Shown here one piece after another: positions 40,699 to 51,221 of a stretch of 64,000 nt of DNA. The translations under genes were made by a program, and so were the position numbers. Below the pieces are notes generated by a model that had not been told where the DNA came from, did not search any database, and saw nothing but the letters and a program-made list of their open reading frames with translations. Source of the DNA: an uncultured Spirochaetota bacterium (GTDB lineage Bacteria; Spirochaetota; Brevinematia; Brevinematales; JAOACQ01); NCBI GenBank assembly GCA_963835575.1, contig CAWIGG010000002.1, positions 320,001-384,000 of the forward strand, written 5' to 3'. Position 1 is the stretch's first letter. Each line of letters starts with the position of its first letter.

Positions 40699-41763
40699 TT
40701 AATCCGGATGAATTTTGTCAAAATATTTAAGGACAAGGGGCGCTCTGGACAGTACTTCTGCGTTTTTCATCGGTTCATAATAGAATATAACCGAATGATT
40801 GCTTATGACGGTGATGCTGTACTTAATATTCAGTCTTTTTACAAGATAATAATCCGCCATATATTCGGCAAAGTCCTCAACAAGGCTTTGAGCGCCGTAA
40901 AGGCTGGCAAAGGGTTTATTAGAAAAGTCCGAATAAACTTTCAGGGATTCGGATATATTGATCAGCGGCCCTTTTTTAAAGCCGTAAAACGAGATATTGT
41001 CCCTTAAATAAAAATCATCATTAGTATACGGTTTATTGAACTTCAGCCAGACAGAAGCGGTGAATTTGTTTGTAATGTAGTTACTTTCCCGTATTTCCAA
41101 TGATACTTTTAGCTTTGGAAGGTAAAGCATTTCGGCTTTTATGTGATACAGGGCATATGTGGTATCGTCCATAAAGGGGGATATCCGGACGGCATAGTCC
41201 AGAACATGGGCCGTTTCATGGAGGAGAAGCTTTAAAAAAGCGCTTTGTTTTGTGCCATAATCGACCTGAACACTGATATCGGCATTAGTCTTAATAAAGC
41301 ATGTGTTCTCGATTGTTGTTGCCCAGGCGCTCATATCATGCCTGAGAAGCTCCGTATTGAAAAACATGATGCAGTAAAGCCGGCCGTTATCATAGACCCA
41401 ATCTGTCATGCCGGAGGATTTGAATTTATTGATAAAATAAATCCCGAGCACCCGTTTCTGTAAAAATTCCCTGAATGAGTCCGGCAAAAGCTTAACCGCA
41501 TCATTGATGATTTTCATCTCGTTTGTTGAAGGCAGATAAGGTTCACAGACTGTATTATCGCCCCTGTTCAGATCGTTCAGGACAAAATCCGGGGGCAATT
41601 GGACCCTTGAAAGGATGGATGACCCGGCGTCAAATTGATAATTGGAATACTGCTTTGCTCTGTCCTGAAGGATTAATTTAAGGTACTCTTCCGGCTTACT
41701 TTCCGAGCAGGATAATGCAATAATAAAAAATAGTAATAAAAATATCGTGTTGTTTCTTATCAT
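40699..41763 (-). CDS. Lipoprotein with HEXXH zinc-metallopeptidase-like motif
   Basis: Lipobox LSC; LLHETAHVLD; SLYGA...EDFAE. Confidence 0.6.
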   Translation of the reverse strand: MIRNNTIFLLLFFIIALSCSESKPEEYLKLILQDRAKQYSNYQFDAGSSILSRVQLPPDFVLNDLNRGDNTVCEPYLPSTNEMKIINDAVKLLPDSFREFLQKRVLGIYFINKFKSSGMTDWVYDNGRLYCIMFFNTELLRHDMSAWATTIENTCFIKTNADISVQVDYGTKQSAFLKLLLHETAHVLDYAVRISPFMDDTTYALYHIKAEMLYLPKLKVSLEIRESNYITNKFTASVWLKFNKPYTNDDFYLRDNISFYGFKKGPLINISESLKVYSDFSNKPFASLYGAQSLVEDFAEYMADYYLVKRLNIKYSITVISNHSVIFYYEPMKNAEVLSRAPLVLKYFDKIHPD

Positions 41764-41809
41764 AATCTTTACCCCGGCTGTTATTTTATCCTCCGCCGGC
41801 TATATGGTT

Positions 41810-42532
41810 TTAATCATCCCTGTAATTTTTAATTTTCTTTGTTTTATTATATCCGGCGTATTTCAAAACGGCCTTAAACAGGCTGGCCGATTGAGAGACC
41901 TGTTCATAAGCCTCCTCTTCAGTCATATCCCTGTTTTCCTTCTGGAGCCTGTAAGCCAGTTCCTTTGATTTATTCGCGATGAGCGCGATATTCCGGATCA
42001 GGTCGTCTTCATTTTGAATGGCGATGGGGACTATTTTTATTTTTGATGTATTCGTCTTTAATTCATTCTCAAGAAGGCCGTCGTTTAATAAATGATGCGC
42101 TTTATTGAAAGGATTGTATTCCATGTTATGAAGGGGCATGGAAAGGTCGCCGATATAATGCCCGGCGTAGGAGAGGTGATACAATCCGAATTTATTCTGC
42201 GCCTGGGCCTTTTGATAATTACGGACGGCGGCGACAATGGCCCCGTACAAATGACCGCGTTTTTCGCCGGCCGAGCCGTTGTTATACATCGGGATCTGCT
42301 CTTTTATCAATTCCGGAGTGACCGTTTCAGTTTCCAGAAGGTCGCAGTAATGATTGAAGCCTTCCCTGCTGTACGCCTTGAGTTTCGCGATATCCGGCGC
42401 GGCCAGGCTGTAGGACTCCTCAAACTGCGCCGCCGTTCCTATGGCGATATGCGTGTAATCAAGCCAGCCCGACGCCCTGCCCGCGAGAATAAGGCAAGTA
42501 AAAATGAGTAATCCGTAAACAGCCTTTTTCAT
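41810..42532 (-). CDS. Secreted S1/P1 nuclease or zinc-dependent phospholipase C-like protein
   Basis: Mature N-terminal W....H; APD; HYIGDLSMPLH; HH. Confidence 0.65.
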   Translation of the reverse strand: MKKAVYGLLIFTCLILAGRASGWLDYTHIAIGTAAQFEESYSLAAPDIAKLKAYSREGFNHYCDLLETETVTPELIKEQIPMYNNGSAGEKRGHLYGAIVAAVRNYQKAQAQNKFGLYHLSYAGHYIGDLSMPLHNMEYNPFNKAHHLLNDGLLENELKTNTSKIKIVPIAIQNEDDLIRNIALIANKSKELAYRLQKENRDMTEEEAYEQVSQSASLFKAVLKYAGYNKTKKIKNYRDD

Positions 42533-42543
42533 TTTCCCCTCCT

Positions 42544-43089
42544 CTATGATTTCTTAATAAAAGTGATGATGGAACTGACCGCTTCCTTTTTTGTCCAGTC
42601 CTGCGGCGAATAAAAGCCGTCTAAAAATTCTTTCACTTCCTTATCCCTGGTAAACCACCATCTCAGAAGACTAATAAACCGCGGGAACTGCATTATGAAT
42701 TTATCGAGGGTATCCAGTGTTTTGTAATCAAAAGCGCCCTGCATGGGGAAATAGGCCATGTTTTTCTGCATATCTGCGGGCAGGCTCGCCTCAAAAACCT
42801 TCTGCTGGACGGGATCGTCCGAAGGCGCCCCCGACGCGGTAAAGACCGCAAGCCTCCTGCCGGCGATGTATTTCCAGTTCTTTTTGATAAAACCGATATT
42901 GCTGATCCTGCCCATCCGGACCGAAGTACCGAATACGATGGTATCATACTGCTCGAAAAAAGATTTATGGAATACCGAAATATCGAAAAGGTCCGCGCCC
43001 GCGCCTTTGGCGATCCAGTCGGCGTAGCGTTTCGCGCTTCCGTATTTTGATTTATAAAGCACGACCGCCCTGACGGTTTTTTTAGCCAT
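42544..43089 (-). CDS. Flavodoxin-domain protein (HemG-like)
   Basis: YKSKYGSAKRYA.WIA; YDTIVFG. Confidence 0.85.
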   Translation of the reverse strand: MAKKTVRAVVLYKSKYGSAKRYADWIAKGAGADLFDISVFHKSFFEQYDTIVFGTSVRMGRISNIGFIKKNWKYIAGRRLAVFTASGAPSDDPVQQKVFEASLPADMQKNMAYFPMQGAFDYKTLDTLDKFIMQFPRFISLLRWWFTRDKEVKEFLDGFYSPQDWTKKEAVSSIITFIKKS

Positions 43090-43236
43090 TGCTATTCTCC
43101 TTCTTTAAAATATTCTTATTTTATTAAACGCCTGATTATTTTGCAAAAAATATAGCCGAAGCAGGGAATTAATTTCTTCTATGAATGATGATATTGAACG
43201 GCAGCTCAAAATGGAAGATAAATCAAATGGTCATTC

Positions 43237-43818
43237 TTATTTAACGTAGCCTTTCTCAATACATTCCTCTATGAGCCCTTTCGCGAATTCCCAGAGCTTT
43301 CCGGATCCTTCGCCGATGCGGCTGTTTACTTTAAGGACCTGCTCCGCGCTGACGCTGTTGTTCCTCCAGGCATGGGCCTGTGTATGGTAATTCTGCATCA
43401 CCGGCTCAAGGCGGTCCAGGGCGAAAGCGAATTTCGCCTCGGGCGTCTTTTTCTCCTCGAATTCCTCCCAGAGGTTTTTCAACTCCATGCCCTGGTCTCC
43501 GGGCAGAAGCCCGAAGATGCGTGCGGCGGCTTTTGATTCCTTTTCTTTATAATCTGTTTTATCCTTTGTGTAAACCAGCGTATCGCCGGCGTCTATTTCC
43601 ACGATGTCATGGACAAGGACCATTTTTATGACCTTCGGGACGTCGATTTTTTCGTTAGCGTATTCGGCCAGAAGAATAGCCATCACCGCCAGGTGCCATG
43701 AATGCTCCGAATCGTTTTCATACCGCGAGCCGTCGAAGAGCTTCGTTTTGCGGAAAATAGCCTTGATCTTATCGATCTCGATGATAAAACCGATCTGTCT
43801 TTTAAGCCTTTCGTCCAT
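43237..43818 (-). CDS. HD domain hydrolase (HD_3 / YfbR-like)
   Basis: ENDSEHSWH, VHDIVEIDAGD, DRLEP. Confidence 0.92.
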   Translation of the reverse strand: MDERLKRQIGFIIEIDKIKAIFRKTKLFDGSRYENDSEHSWHLAVMAILLAEYANEKIDVPKVIKMVLVHDIVEIDAGDTLVYTKDKTDYKEKESKAAARIFGLLPGDQGMELKNLWEEFEEKKTPEAKFAFALDRLEPVMQNYHTQAHAWRNNSVSAEQVLKVNSRIGEGSGKLWEFAKGLIEECIEKGYVK

Positions 43819-43821
43819 ATT

Positions 43822-44544
43822 TCAAACCCCTGTTTTTTTTGCCATGAACAGCACCTTATAGGAATTATTACCCGGTGTTATAAACTGGAATATTCTGAAT
43901 AGATCAACCGTCTTCAGGACAGTGAATTTATCCTTCATCAATTCCATTATCTCATAAATATAAAAACCTTTCTGCAGATGCTCTTCCTTCACGTTATCGC
44001 CGAAGTCGAAAACCGTTTCCGCGGTCCTTGTTTCCGGATCATAATGCATGTTCTCGGAGAACCGGACGCCGTCAACATTTCTTTGAACGGTGCCGCTGTG
44101 CAGTTTGTCATATAAATGATGCGTGTTGATATCGAAAAGAAAAAACCCGCCCGGTTTGAGAAGACCGTGAATATTTTCAAAAACCATTTTCAGGCGCTCA
44201 TTATCCATGATATAATTGAGCGAGTCGAACGCGCTGATGACCAGATCGAACTTTTTTTTTAAGCGCAGATCGACCATATCCGACAGGGTAAATTTAATCT
44301 CCGGATTATTCCGCCGGGCGATGGCGAGCATTTGAGGCGAGATATCAGAGCCCATGACCTTATAATCTTTTTTCAGCCTTTTGATCAGCTCGCCCGTTCC
44401 GCATGAGATGTCCAGAATCGTTTTTGGGACAAAGGAATATTTTTTCCGGAGCAGACGGATGTATTTCAAATACCTCAGGCTGAACGAGCCCCATCCTCTG
44501 GAATAGACCTCGGAAAATATTTCATAAGGTTTCAACGGTTTCAT
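43822..44544 (-). CDS. Class I SAM-dependent methyltransferase
   Basis: ILDISCGTG, DISPQML, DSLNY, LKPGG. Confidence 0.9.
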   Translation of the reverse strand: MKPLKPYEIFSEVYSRGWGSFSLRYLKYIRLLRKKYSFVPKTILDISCGTGELIKRLKKDYKVMGSDISPQMLAIARRNNPEIKFTLSDMVDLRLKKKFDLVISAFDSLNYIMDNERLKMVFENIHGLLKPGGFFLFDINTHHLYDKLHSGTVQRNVDGVRFSENMHYDPETRTAETVFDFGDNVKEEHLQKGFYIYEIMELMKDKFTVLKTVDLFRIFQFITPGNNSYKVLFMAKKTGV

Positions 44545-44841
44545 AGGATGCTTCTTTAAATAAAATATTTGGATTATATAACTGAAAATCAATATAAAAT
44601 GTATTTTAATAAATCGATTCTATTAAATCAAGTAAAGTTGAAAGATGTACTTCATGTTAAAACTATTTATACCTGAAAAAGAATTGATAAAGTGAAAGTA
44701 AAAAATCCAAATATGCCCAATATAGACATAATAGAGGTAATGATTAAACCGCTTGAAAAGAAAAAAAGAAGATAAAAAACGAGAACTGCAATAATTAACA
44801 GGAATAGAACCAGTGAAATCCTGTCAATCAGCCTCATAATT

Positions 44842-45015
44842 TTAGCGGGTTTTTAAACCAGGCTTCATTTTTCTCATTATTTCGTTTTTCATTTTATCTA
44901 TATCATCATGAAGCTCTTTCCTGATTGAACGCATGAGAATGAACTGTATCCCGAATATACTGCTGACAATTCCCAAAATGGCAAAAAACAAACCTATTAC
45001 TTGAATTATGTTCAT
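44842..45015 (-). CDS. Small 57-aa single-TM protein (absent from the ORF track)
   Basis: MNIIQVIGLFFAILGIVSSIFGIQFILMRSIRKELHDDIDKMKNEIMRKMKPGLKTR*, with AGAGG RBS. Confidence 0.55.
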   Translation of the reverse strand: MNIIQVIGLFFAILGIVSSIFGIQFILMRSIRKELHDDIDKMKNEIMRKMKPGLKTR

Positions 45016-45037
45016 AAAAACCTCTTATATATAATAA

Positions 45038-46321
45038 GGGCGGTTTGAAAAACCCACGTATCATATACAAATAGTATATAAAAACATATAATCATAGTCA
45101 AAGAAAACAGAGGTAAGGCTATGACAAAAATTAAGCGGAAAGACCGTAACTTGTTTGAATATCAGGAGCGGATGGAAAAGCTAAGCGGCGTAAAAACACC
45201 GCTGGATAAGCTTAACAGGGTTGTAGACTTTGAGATGTTCCGGCCGCTGTTAACAGAGATTTTGGCGCCGAAAGAGCAGAAGGCGCCGGGCGGAGCGCCA
45301 CATTATGACTATGTTTTCATGTTCAAGATACTGATATTCCAGAGGTATTACAATCTTTCCGATGAGCAAGCGGAATTTCAGATCAATGACAGGTTATCCG
45401 TTCAGCGATATCTTGGGATAACACTTTCGGACAAAGTTCCGGACTACAGTAAAATCTGGGAATTCAAGGAAAAACTGATGAAAGCGAAAGCAATAGAGAA
45501 ACTTTTTAAAATATTCGATGAGAATCTTGAGAATAAAGGTGTGATAGGGAAAGCGGGCGTTATGGTAGACGCAAGTTTTGTGGATGTTCCCCGGCAGAGG
45601 AACAGCCGCGAAGAAAACAAGAAAATAAAAGAAGGCGAGGTTCCGGAAGATTGGAAAGATAATACGCATAAGCTTTCCCATAAAGACACGGATGCGCGCT
45701 GGATGACCAAGAATAAAGAGAGGCATTACGGATACAAAAACCATACAAAGGTTGATGTGAAGTCAAAACTTATTCGTTCTTATGTCACGACAGATGCGAG
45801 CGTTCACGATTCACAGGTAGTTGAACCTCTATTGAATGAGAAAGACAAAGGGAAGCCGTTTTACGCGGACAGCGCATATGTTGGCCCAACGGTAGCAGGA
45901 ATATTAGAAAAATTTGAGATGAAAAACCGGATTCACGAAAAAGGATACAGAAATAAGCCATTGACGGAGAAGCAGAAAGAAAAAAATAGAAGAAAGAGCC
46001 GCATCCGAGTTCGTGTTGAGCATGTTTTTGGTTTTGTTGAAAATAGTATGAACGGCAGTACAATACGATCGATAGGAAAAGAAAGGGCAGAGAGCCAAAT
46101 CGGGCTGATGAATCTGGTTTATAATTTAGCACGGTATGTTGTGGTAAAAGGTCGAATTGCGTCTTGTGCGGCTTAAAATACAGAAGATATGGATAATATT
46201 GCCCGTGTTTGGCTGAATTTTGGTAATAGAAACAGTTTTTAACCTGTTGGCAGAAATATTTTGAAAATATTTTCTATTATCAGGGAAGTGTTGATAAATT
46301 AGGCGGTTTTTAAAACCGCCC
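45038..46321 (+). mobile_element. IS5-family insertion sequence (1284 bp)
   Basis: IR GGGCGGTTTGAAAAACC / GGTTTTTAAAACCGCCC (16/17); 4-bp duplication ATAA. Confidence 0.92.
45121..46176 (+). CDS. IS5-family transposase
   Basis: LSDEQAE.QI.DRLS, VPD, VDASFV, DTDARW, YGYKNH, ADSAY, RVRVEHVFG. Confidence 0.95.
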   Translation: MTKIKRKDRNLFEYQERMEKLSGVKTPLDKLNRVVDFEMFRPLLTEILAPKEQKAPGGAPHYDYVFMFKILIFQRYYNLSDEQAEFQINDRLSVQRYLGITLSDKVPDYSKIWEFKEKLMKAKAIEKLFKIFDENLENKGVIGKAGVMVDASFVDVPRQRNSREENKKIKEGEVPEDWKDNTHKLSHKDTDARWMTKNKERHYGYKNHTKVDVKSKLIRSYVTTDASVHDSQVVEPLLNEKDKGKPFYADSAYVGPTVAGILEKFEMKNRIHEKGYRNKPLTEKQKEKNRRKSRIRVRVEHVFGFVENSMNGSTIRSIGKERAESQIGLMNLVYNLARYVVVKGRIASCAA

Positions 46322-46470
46322 ATAATATATTAATTTTAAATTGTAAATTTCTAATCAAAAATATCATTCCGGAAGTTTATTATAAAATAAAATAATTATA
46401 TATAAAACTACATTTTCAGCGAATCGCGGTGAAGCCTCATGAAATGTCTCCATTTAATAAGAAAGCTTTC

Positions 46471-46505
46471 GTCTCAGGCGATAATAGCCATTGTCGACTG
46501 TGGAC
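46471..46505. repeat. REP-like palindrome (RAYT-associated family)
   Basis: GTCTCAGGCGATAATAGCCATTGTCGACTGTGGAC, preceded by AAAGCTTTC as in the copy at 53231. Confidence 0.65.
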
Positions 46506-46901
46506 TTACCTCTTCACCCAGGACCCGTTTTTCCTGACAAAAGTATGGGAATCCGATGTATCGGTGGAGCGGAAGACCACAAGTTTTTTCGTGAAGGCGT
46601 ATGTGATGGTGATCGATTTGATCTTATTGATCCTTCTATAATTATCGATGATGAAGTGAAGGATTTCGTCTGTTTTCCCTTCTTTCTCATTCTTTTTCAG
46701 ATTTCTCATTTTCGAGTTGAGAAAGGTGACGGAAATACTGCTGTTATTGACGGCGGTGTTGATGTTTTCCCCGGAGTATCTCTGATGGAGCCTGTTTTTC
46801 AGCTCCATTAAATCATTATAAGGAGTGGAAGGCTTCTGCTGGCCGCATCCCATGGCGATCAGTGAAAATAAAACCATGACAAGAACGGTTCTACCCGGCA
46901 T
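46506..46901 (-). CDS. Hypothetical lipoprotein
   Basis: GAGGAGGA RBS; lipobox AMGC. Confidence 0.7.
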   Translation of the reverse strand: MPGRTVLVMVLFSLIAMGCGQQKPSTPYNDLMELKNRLHQRYSGENINTAVNNSSISVTFLNSKMRNLKKNEKEGKTDEILHFIIDNYRRINKIKSITITYAFTKKLVVFRSTDTSDSHTFVRKNGSWVKR

Positions 46902-47184
46902 AAAATCCTCCTCTTTGAGGTCAGACGGACAGCTTTTTATCGGCATATTTATCGCACAACTTCTTTTCTCTTCATTAAATATAAAGGAATGAGCGGAGTT
47001 TGTCAAAACGAAGACAGGCTGCTGCGGCCATTTTGTAAAGACGAACCTCTCTTTTGGAAGTATAGTCCCAATCCCGCGATGACAATCCGCTTTTATTGAT
47101 AGAACTGAAAGAATATGTATATAATAAAATAAAGAAGCTCTTTAAACTTTTATCCCTGAATAAATTTAATCCGGATATATTAAA

Positions 47185-48254
47185 ATGAAGAAAATCGTTA
47201 TTGCAATTTTTTAGTGATTTTTATATACGGCATCACTTTTTCCAATCAAAACCCGGAGTTAATGGAATATTTCGCGTATTATGCGTCCTGTACAAAATGC
47301 CGGAAGACGATTGACGACATTAAAAAATGGTCGAACGGGCATGATAAAAAAATAACCATAAAGGTTTATGATCTGATCATTGAAGACAACTGGAAAAAAC
47401 TCGATGGATTGAATAAGAAATACGCTATTTTTTCTCAATATCCCGAACTGCCGGTTCTCATCTATCATGAAAAATTTTACGCGGGTTATGAGCAAATCCA
47501 GGCGCTTTTGTCGGACAATGGCGCGCAGGGGAAAAAATTTGATAATTTAAGCCTGGGCATTATTATTTCCGCCGGACTATTGGACGGAATAAACCCGTGC
47601 GTCTTTACCGTCATCATATTATTGATTTCCTATTTATTTATCAATCTTAAAAGCAGGAAACTCGTATTCATTTCCGGTGTTTTTTATAGCATTTCGGTTT
47701 TTGTCACTTATTTTTTGATCGGTCTGGGCATTTTCGGCGCCGTGAGGATGTTGAACTTCTTTCCCCTGGTATCGAAAATATTTAAATATGCCCTTTCGGC
47801 AATTCTCTTTATTCTGGTGGTTTTGAGCTTGATTGATTTTCTCTCTTTATCAAAGCGGAAAGACGGCAATGGGAAACTGTTCCTGAAACTTCCCGGTTTT
47901 CTTCAGAAAAAAATCAGGGAGTCGATCAGGTTCGAGATGAGGGATTACAGGATCATTCTCAGCTCGATAGCTCTCGGCTTTCTGGTTTCCTTTTTTGAGC
48001 TTTTGTGCACCGGCCAGATTTATTTCCCGGTGATCGGGTATATGTCCGAGATGAAGGATAAAGCCGCAGGTCTTTTTTATCTGTTCATATATAATCTGGC
48101 CTTTATCCTGCCGCTGGCGGTTATTTTCGTTCTTGTGTTTTTCGGCGTTTCCTCGAAAAAGATAGGGGATTTCCTGGGGAATAAGACTGGATTAATAAAA
48201 CTGGTTTTCTTTTTTTTATTCCTGGCGTTCGGGTTTCTTAATCTGTTTATTTGA
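47185..48254 (+). CDS. Thioredoxin-like CxxC plus CcdA/DsbD-like membrane protein; the signal peptide is frameshifted in a T6 run
   Basis: CTKC; AGLLDGINPCVF and ELLCTGQIY; upstream ATG at 47185 is in frame if T6 (47207-12) were T7. Confidence 0.75.
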
Positions 48255-48263
48255 AAGAAAAGC

Positions 48264-49649
48264 CTATTTTGATTCCACCGTGCCGGTCACCGGGAAAAGC
48301 GTCCTTTCCAATCCTTTGATATCGCTTTTTATGACGAAATATTTTTCGACCTTCCCGTTATCGTCTGAGGAATCATAGGAAAGTTTTATCAGGGCTTTTT
48401 TCTCATTTTCTATCACTACCTTATCGGGCTTCGCGTCCAGGCAGTCGCAGGTTTTTATCACGGTTATGTCCGCGGGATAGCCGCAGTGGTTTTCAAGCGT
48501 GATCGTGTACTCGGCGGTTTTTCCCTTTTTGACCGTTCCGAAGTTCCATGCCTTATCGGAAAAGGAAAGAAGGTCCGTATTTTCTTTGACTTCGGCGCCG
48601 GTGATCTGTTTTTTAATATTATCATACAGGGGCGCCGGGTGCAGGCTGATGGCGTTGTCTATCATCTCTAAAGCTTTCTTTTTGTTGTTTTTTTTCTTGT
48701 AAGCCCTGGACAGCTCAAAATACAATTCCGCCTTCTGGTCGTCCGGCGCTTTAAGCGACAGGCCTTTCAAAGCGGCCGTGACGGCTTTATTGAGTTCAAT
48801 ATTGTATATATAGGACTGCTGGATGATGGTGATATAGGAGCTGATGTTATCGGGAGTCAGTCCCAGGATCTTCCAGTAGATATCGAGGGCTTTGCCGTAA
48901 TTTCCCATATTGATGTAACAGCCGGCGATGAAATAGTATTTGGTTATTTTGTCCTTGAAAGCGGGAATTTTGATTAATTCCTCCGCAGAGGAAACAGCCT
49001 CCGGATAATCCTTCAGGAAGAAATATGTGTCCTCAAGTGTCAGGAGAATGGATTCCCTGTGAGCGGCGTAGAACTGCGGGTCCACCGCCTCGATACGGCC
49101 TTTATATTTTTCGGCGTCTTCCATAAACCTTCTTCCGGCGCTGAGTACCAAAAGCCTGTATAAAATTTCCGGACTGCCGGGCGAGGCCTTGAGCTTTTCA
49201 AGGTTTTCATCGACGGCGGTTTTGTCGCTTTCAATTTTCTTCATGATCTCAAGAAAATTCGTCGTTTCGGCGCGGCCGACGAAACGACCGATCTCGGAGG
49301 CGCCGGAGTTTAAAAAGAGAAAGGTCGGGAAGGACGCGATGTCGTATTTTGCCATGATCTTTTTTGATTCGGGATCGGTCTCATCGGCCCTGTAAGACGC
49401 AAAGGTGGAATTGATGTAATCCCTTATCTCCGGCATCGGCAGGACGTGTTCGTTCATATAATTACACTGCCCGCACCATTTTGCGTAAACATAGACAAGG
49501 ATGTCCCTGTTTTTCATTTTGGCCTGTTCGATGGTTTTGTCGAAACCGCTTTCATCCCATTTAATCATGGTTTGATCGGCCGCTCTCGAGCAGGAATAGC
49601 CGGAAAGCAGAAGGCTTAAAAATAATAGGACCATGGTGTTTTTTATCAA
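48264..49649 (-). CDS. Lipoprotein with thioredoxin (WCGQC), TPR and DUF1573 domains
   Basis: YAKWCGQC, FPTFLFL; TPR repeats; FGTVKKG...KTCDCL. Confidence 0.75.
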   Translation of the reverse strand: MIKNTMVLLFLSLLLSGYSCSRAADQTMIKWDESGFDKTIEQAKMKNRDILVYVYAKWCGQCNYMNEHVLPMPEIRDYINSTFASYRADETDPESKKIMAKYDIASFPTFLFLNSGASEIGRFVGRAETTNFLEIMKKIESDKTAVDENLEKLKASPGSPEILYRLLVLSAGRRFMEDAEKYKGRIEAVDPQFYAAHRESILLTLEDTYFFLKDYPEAVSSAEELIKIPAFKDKITKYYFIAGCYINMGNYGKALDIYWKILGLTPDNISSYITIIQQSYIYNIELNKAVTAALKGLSLKAPDDQKAELYFELSRAYKKKNNKKKALEMIDNAISLHPAPLYDNIKKQITGAEVKENTDLLSFSDKAWNFGTVKKGKTAEYTITLENHCGYPADITVIKTCDCLDAKPDKVVIENEKKALIKLSYDSSDDNGKVEKYFVIKSDIKGLERTLFPVTGTVESK

Positions 49650-49766
49650 CGTATTCTCTCCATAATTTTTATAATTTATTGAGATGACCGATTTTTTATA
49701 GAAATTCCATGTTTAAATAAAAACCGTCTTTTTTGTCCCGGAAATGTATCGGGCTTTATCTCAGGC

Positions 49767-50774
49767 TTACTGGCAGAGCGGGAACTGGACCCCGATGCTG
49801 GCCCCCGCCCCGTTATTATCCGAAGCCGGTATCGTACCGTTGACTGAGCGGCCTTCGATATCTGTTAAAGTGCATATTGTATTGCCGGGAATGGTTACGC
49901 CGAAATCCCAAAAACCGTTGGATAGGGTGCCTGTATGGGTAGTTCCATTAACAACTACTGATGCTGATGCTATGGGGAGTACGGCGTTTTCGAAATAAAG
50001 CTGGCCGGAATAGGTGCCGTTGAAATGGCAGATGATATTGCCTGTTGCGGGGCAGAGGACCGATTTCCATGTGACCCCTGATTTGATATCATCGCCGCTG
50101 TTCGTGCCTACAAGAGCCGCGAATGCCGCGACGCTCAGATTAAGATGTCCGGTCAGAGCAATGGAGTAATTATCAACAACTGTCGCGATGATGGATTTGC
50201 CGCCGTAGGTAATCTGGACGCATAAACCGCAATTAGCGCCCTGACCGAAATTCGGTATTGCCGCGAAATAATTGGGGTTTACGGCATTCAAAACCGAATC
50301 AACATTCCCGTTGGAGCTCCCGACGCTGATATTCGTCAATTCCGTGCCGTAATATGCGCAGGCGGTTTTATAATAAGTTGTTCCTCCGATAACCGTTGTA
50401 GGCGTACCCATTCCGAAATAATAATAAGTCAATTCGCCGTTAGAAGAGCTTGGGCCGCCTGGATATGTACATGTGCTGGCACTGGAGCCGGATGAACTGC
50501 TGCTTGAACTGCTGGAGCTTGAGATACTGCTATTGGCGCTGCTGAGACTGCCGGAGCTGGAGATGCTGCTGACGGCGCCGCTTGAACTGCTGGAAGCGGG
50601 CAGACTGCTTATTGAGCTGCTTGAACTACCTGAACTGGGGATACTGCTGACAGCGCTCACGCTATGATTATTATTGCCGTTATTATTACCGCCGAGATTA
50701 ATTGTAACGGCGCATTTCAAAAAGCAGATAACCAAAATTGCTGAAAAAAGAATAATCAATACATTGCTTTTCAT
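49767..50774 (-). CDS. Expansin-like lipoprotein A (Ser-rich linker, DPBB domain, CBM63-like domain)
   Basis: YFAAI, CGLCVQITYG.KSIIATVVD, HLNLS..AF..L, VTWKSVLCP..GNI. Confidence 0.75.
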   Translation of the reverse strand: MKSNVLIILFSAILVICFLKCAVTINLGGNNNGNNNHSVSAVSSIPSSGSSSSSISSLPASSSSSGAVSSISSSGSLSSANSSISSSSSSSSSSSGSSASTCTYPGGPSSSNGELTYYYFGMGTPTTVIGGTTYYKTACAYYGTELTNISVGSSNGNVDSVLNAVNPNYFAAIPNFGQGANCGLCVQITYGGKSIIATVVDNYSIALTGHLNLSVAAFAALVGTNSGDDIKSGVTWKSVLCPATGNIICHFNGTYSGQLYFENAVLPIASASVVVNGTTHTGTLSNGFWDFGVTIPGNTICTLTDIEGRSVNGTIPASDNNGAGASIGVQFPLCQ

Positions 50775-51221
50775 AATGACCTCTTTTTAACTCTCCGCTG
50801 CTGTTATAATTATTATTGCCCGCCTTTTTTACAATTTTTTTATCTATAAAAGTATCACTGTAAGATGCTTTTGTCAAATAATAGAAAAACCAAAAAACAC
50901 TTCATATATAATAGTGTTTATAATCCGGAATTTTGTAATTATTTATAAAAATATTCTTTTCACTTGTCATTGATAAGATAATAATGGAAGGATTTCTGCC
51001 GTTTGCCCATTATTATGCCCTTCGGGCTACATGCGCACAATCTCTCACTGCATCGCTCGGGGACCGCAGGGGAGATGCTGGTATTGCTTATATTTTGCAT
51101 AGAATAAGGATTTTAAACCTTCGATTTTTTTATCCAAATCTGAAAAAAGGCGGCGATAATCAATATTGTGCTATTTGAAAATATCAAATTTTATGTATCA
51201 ATATGGTTTTCGATGTTAAAA

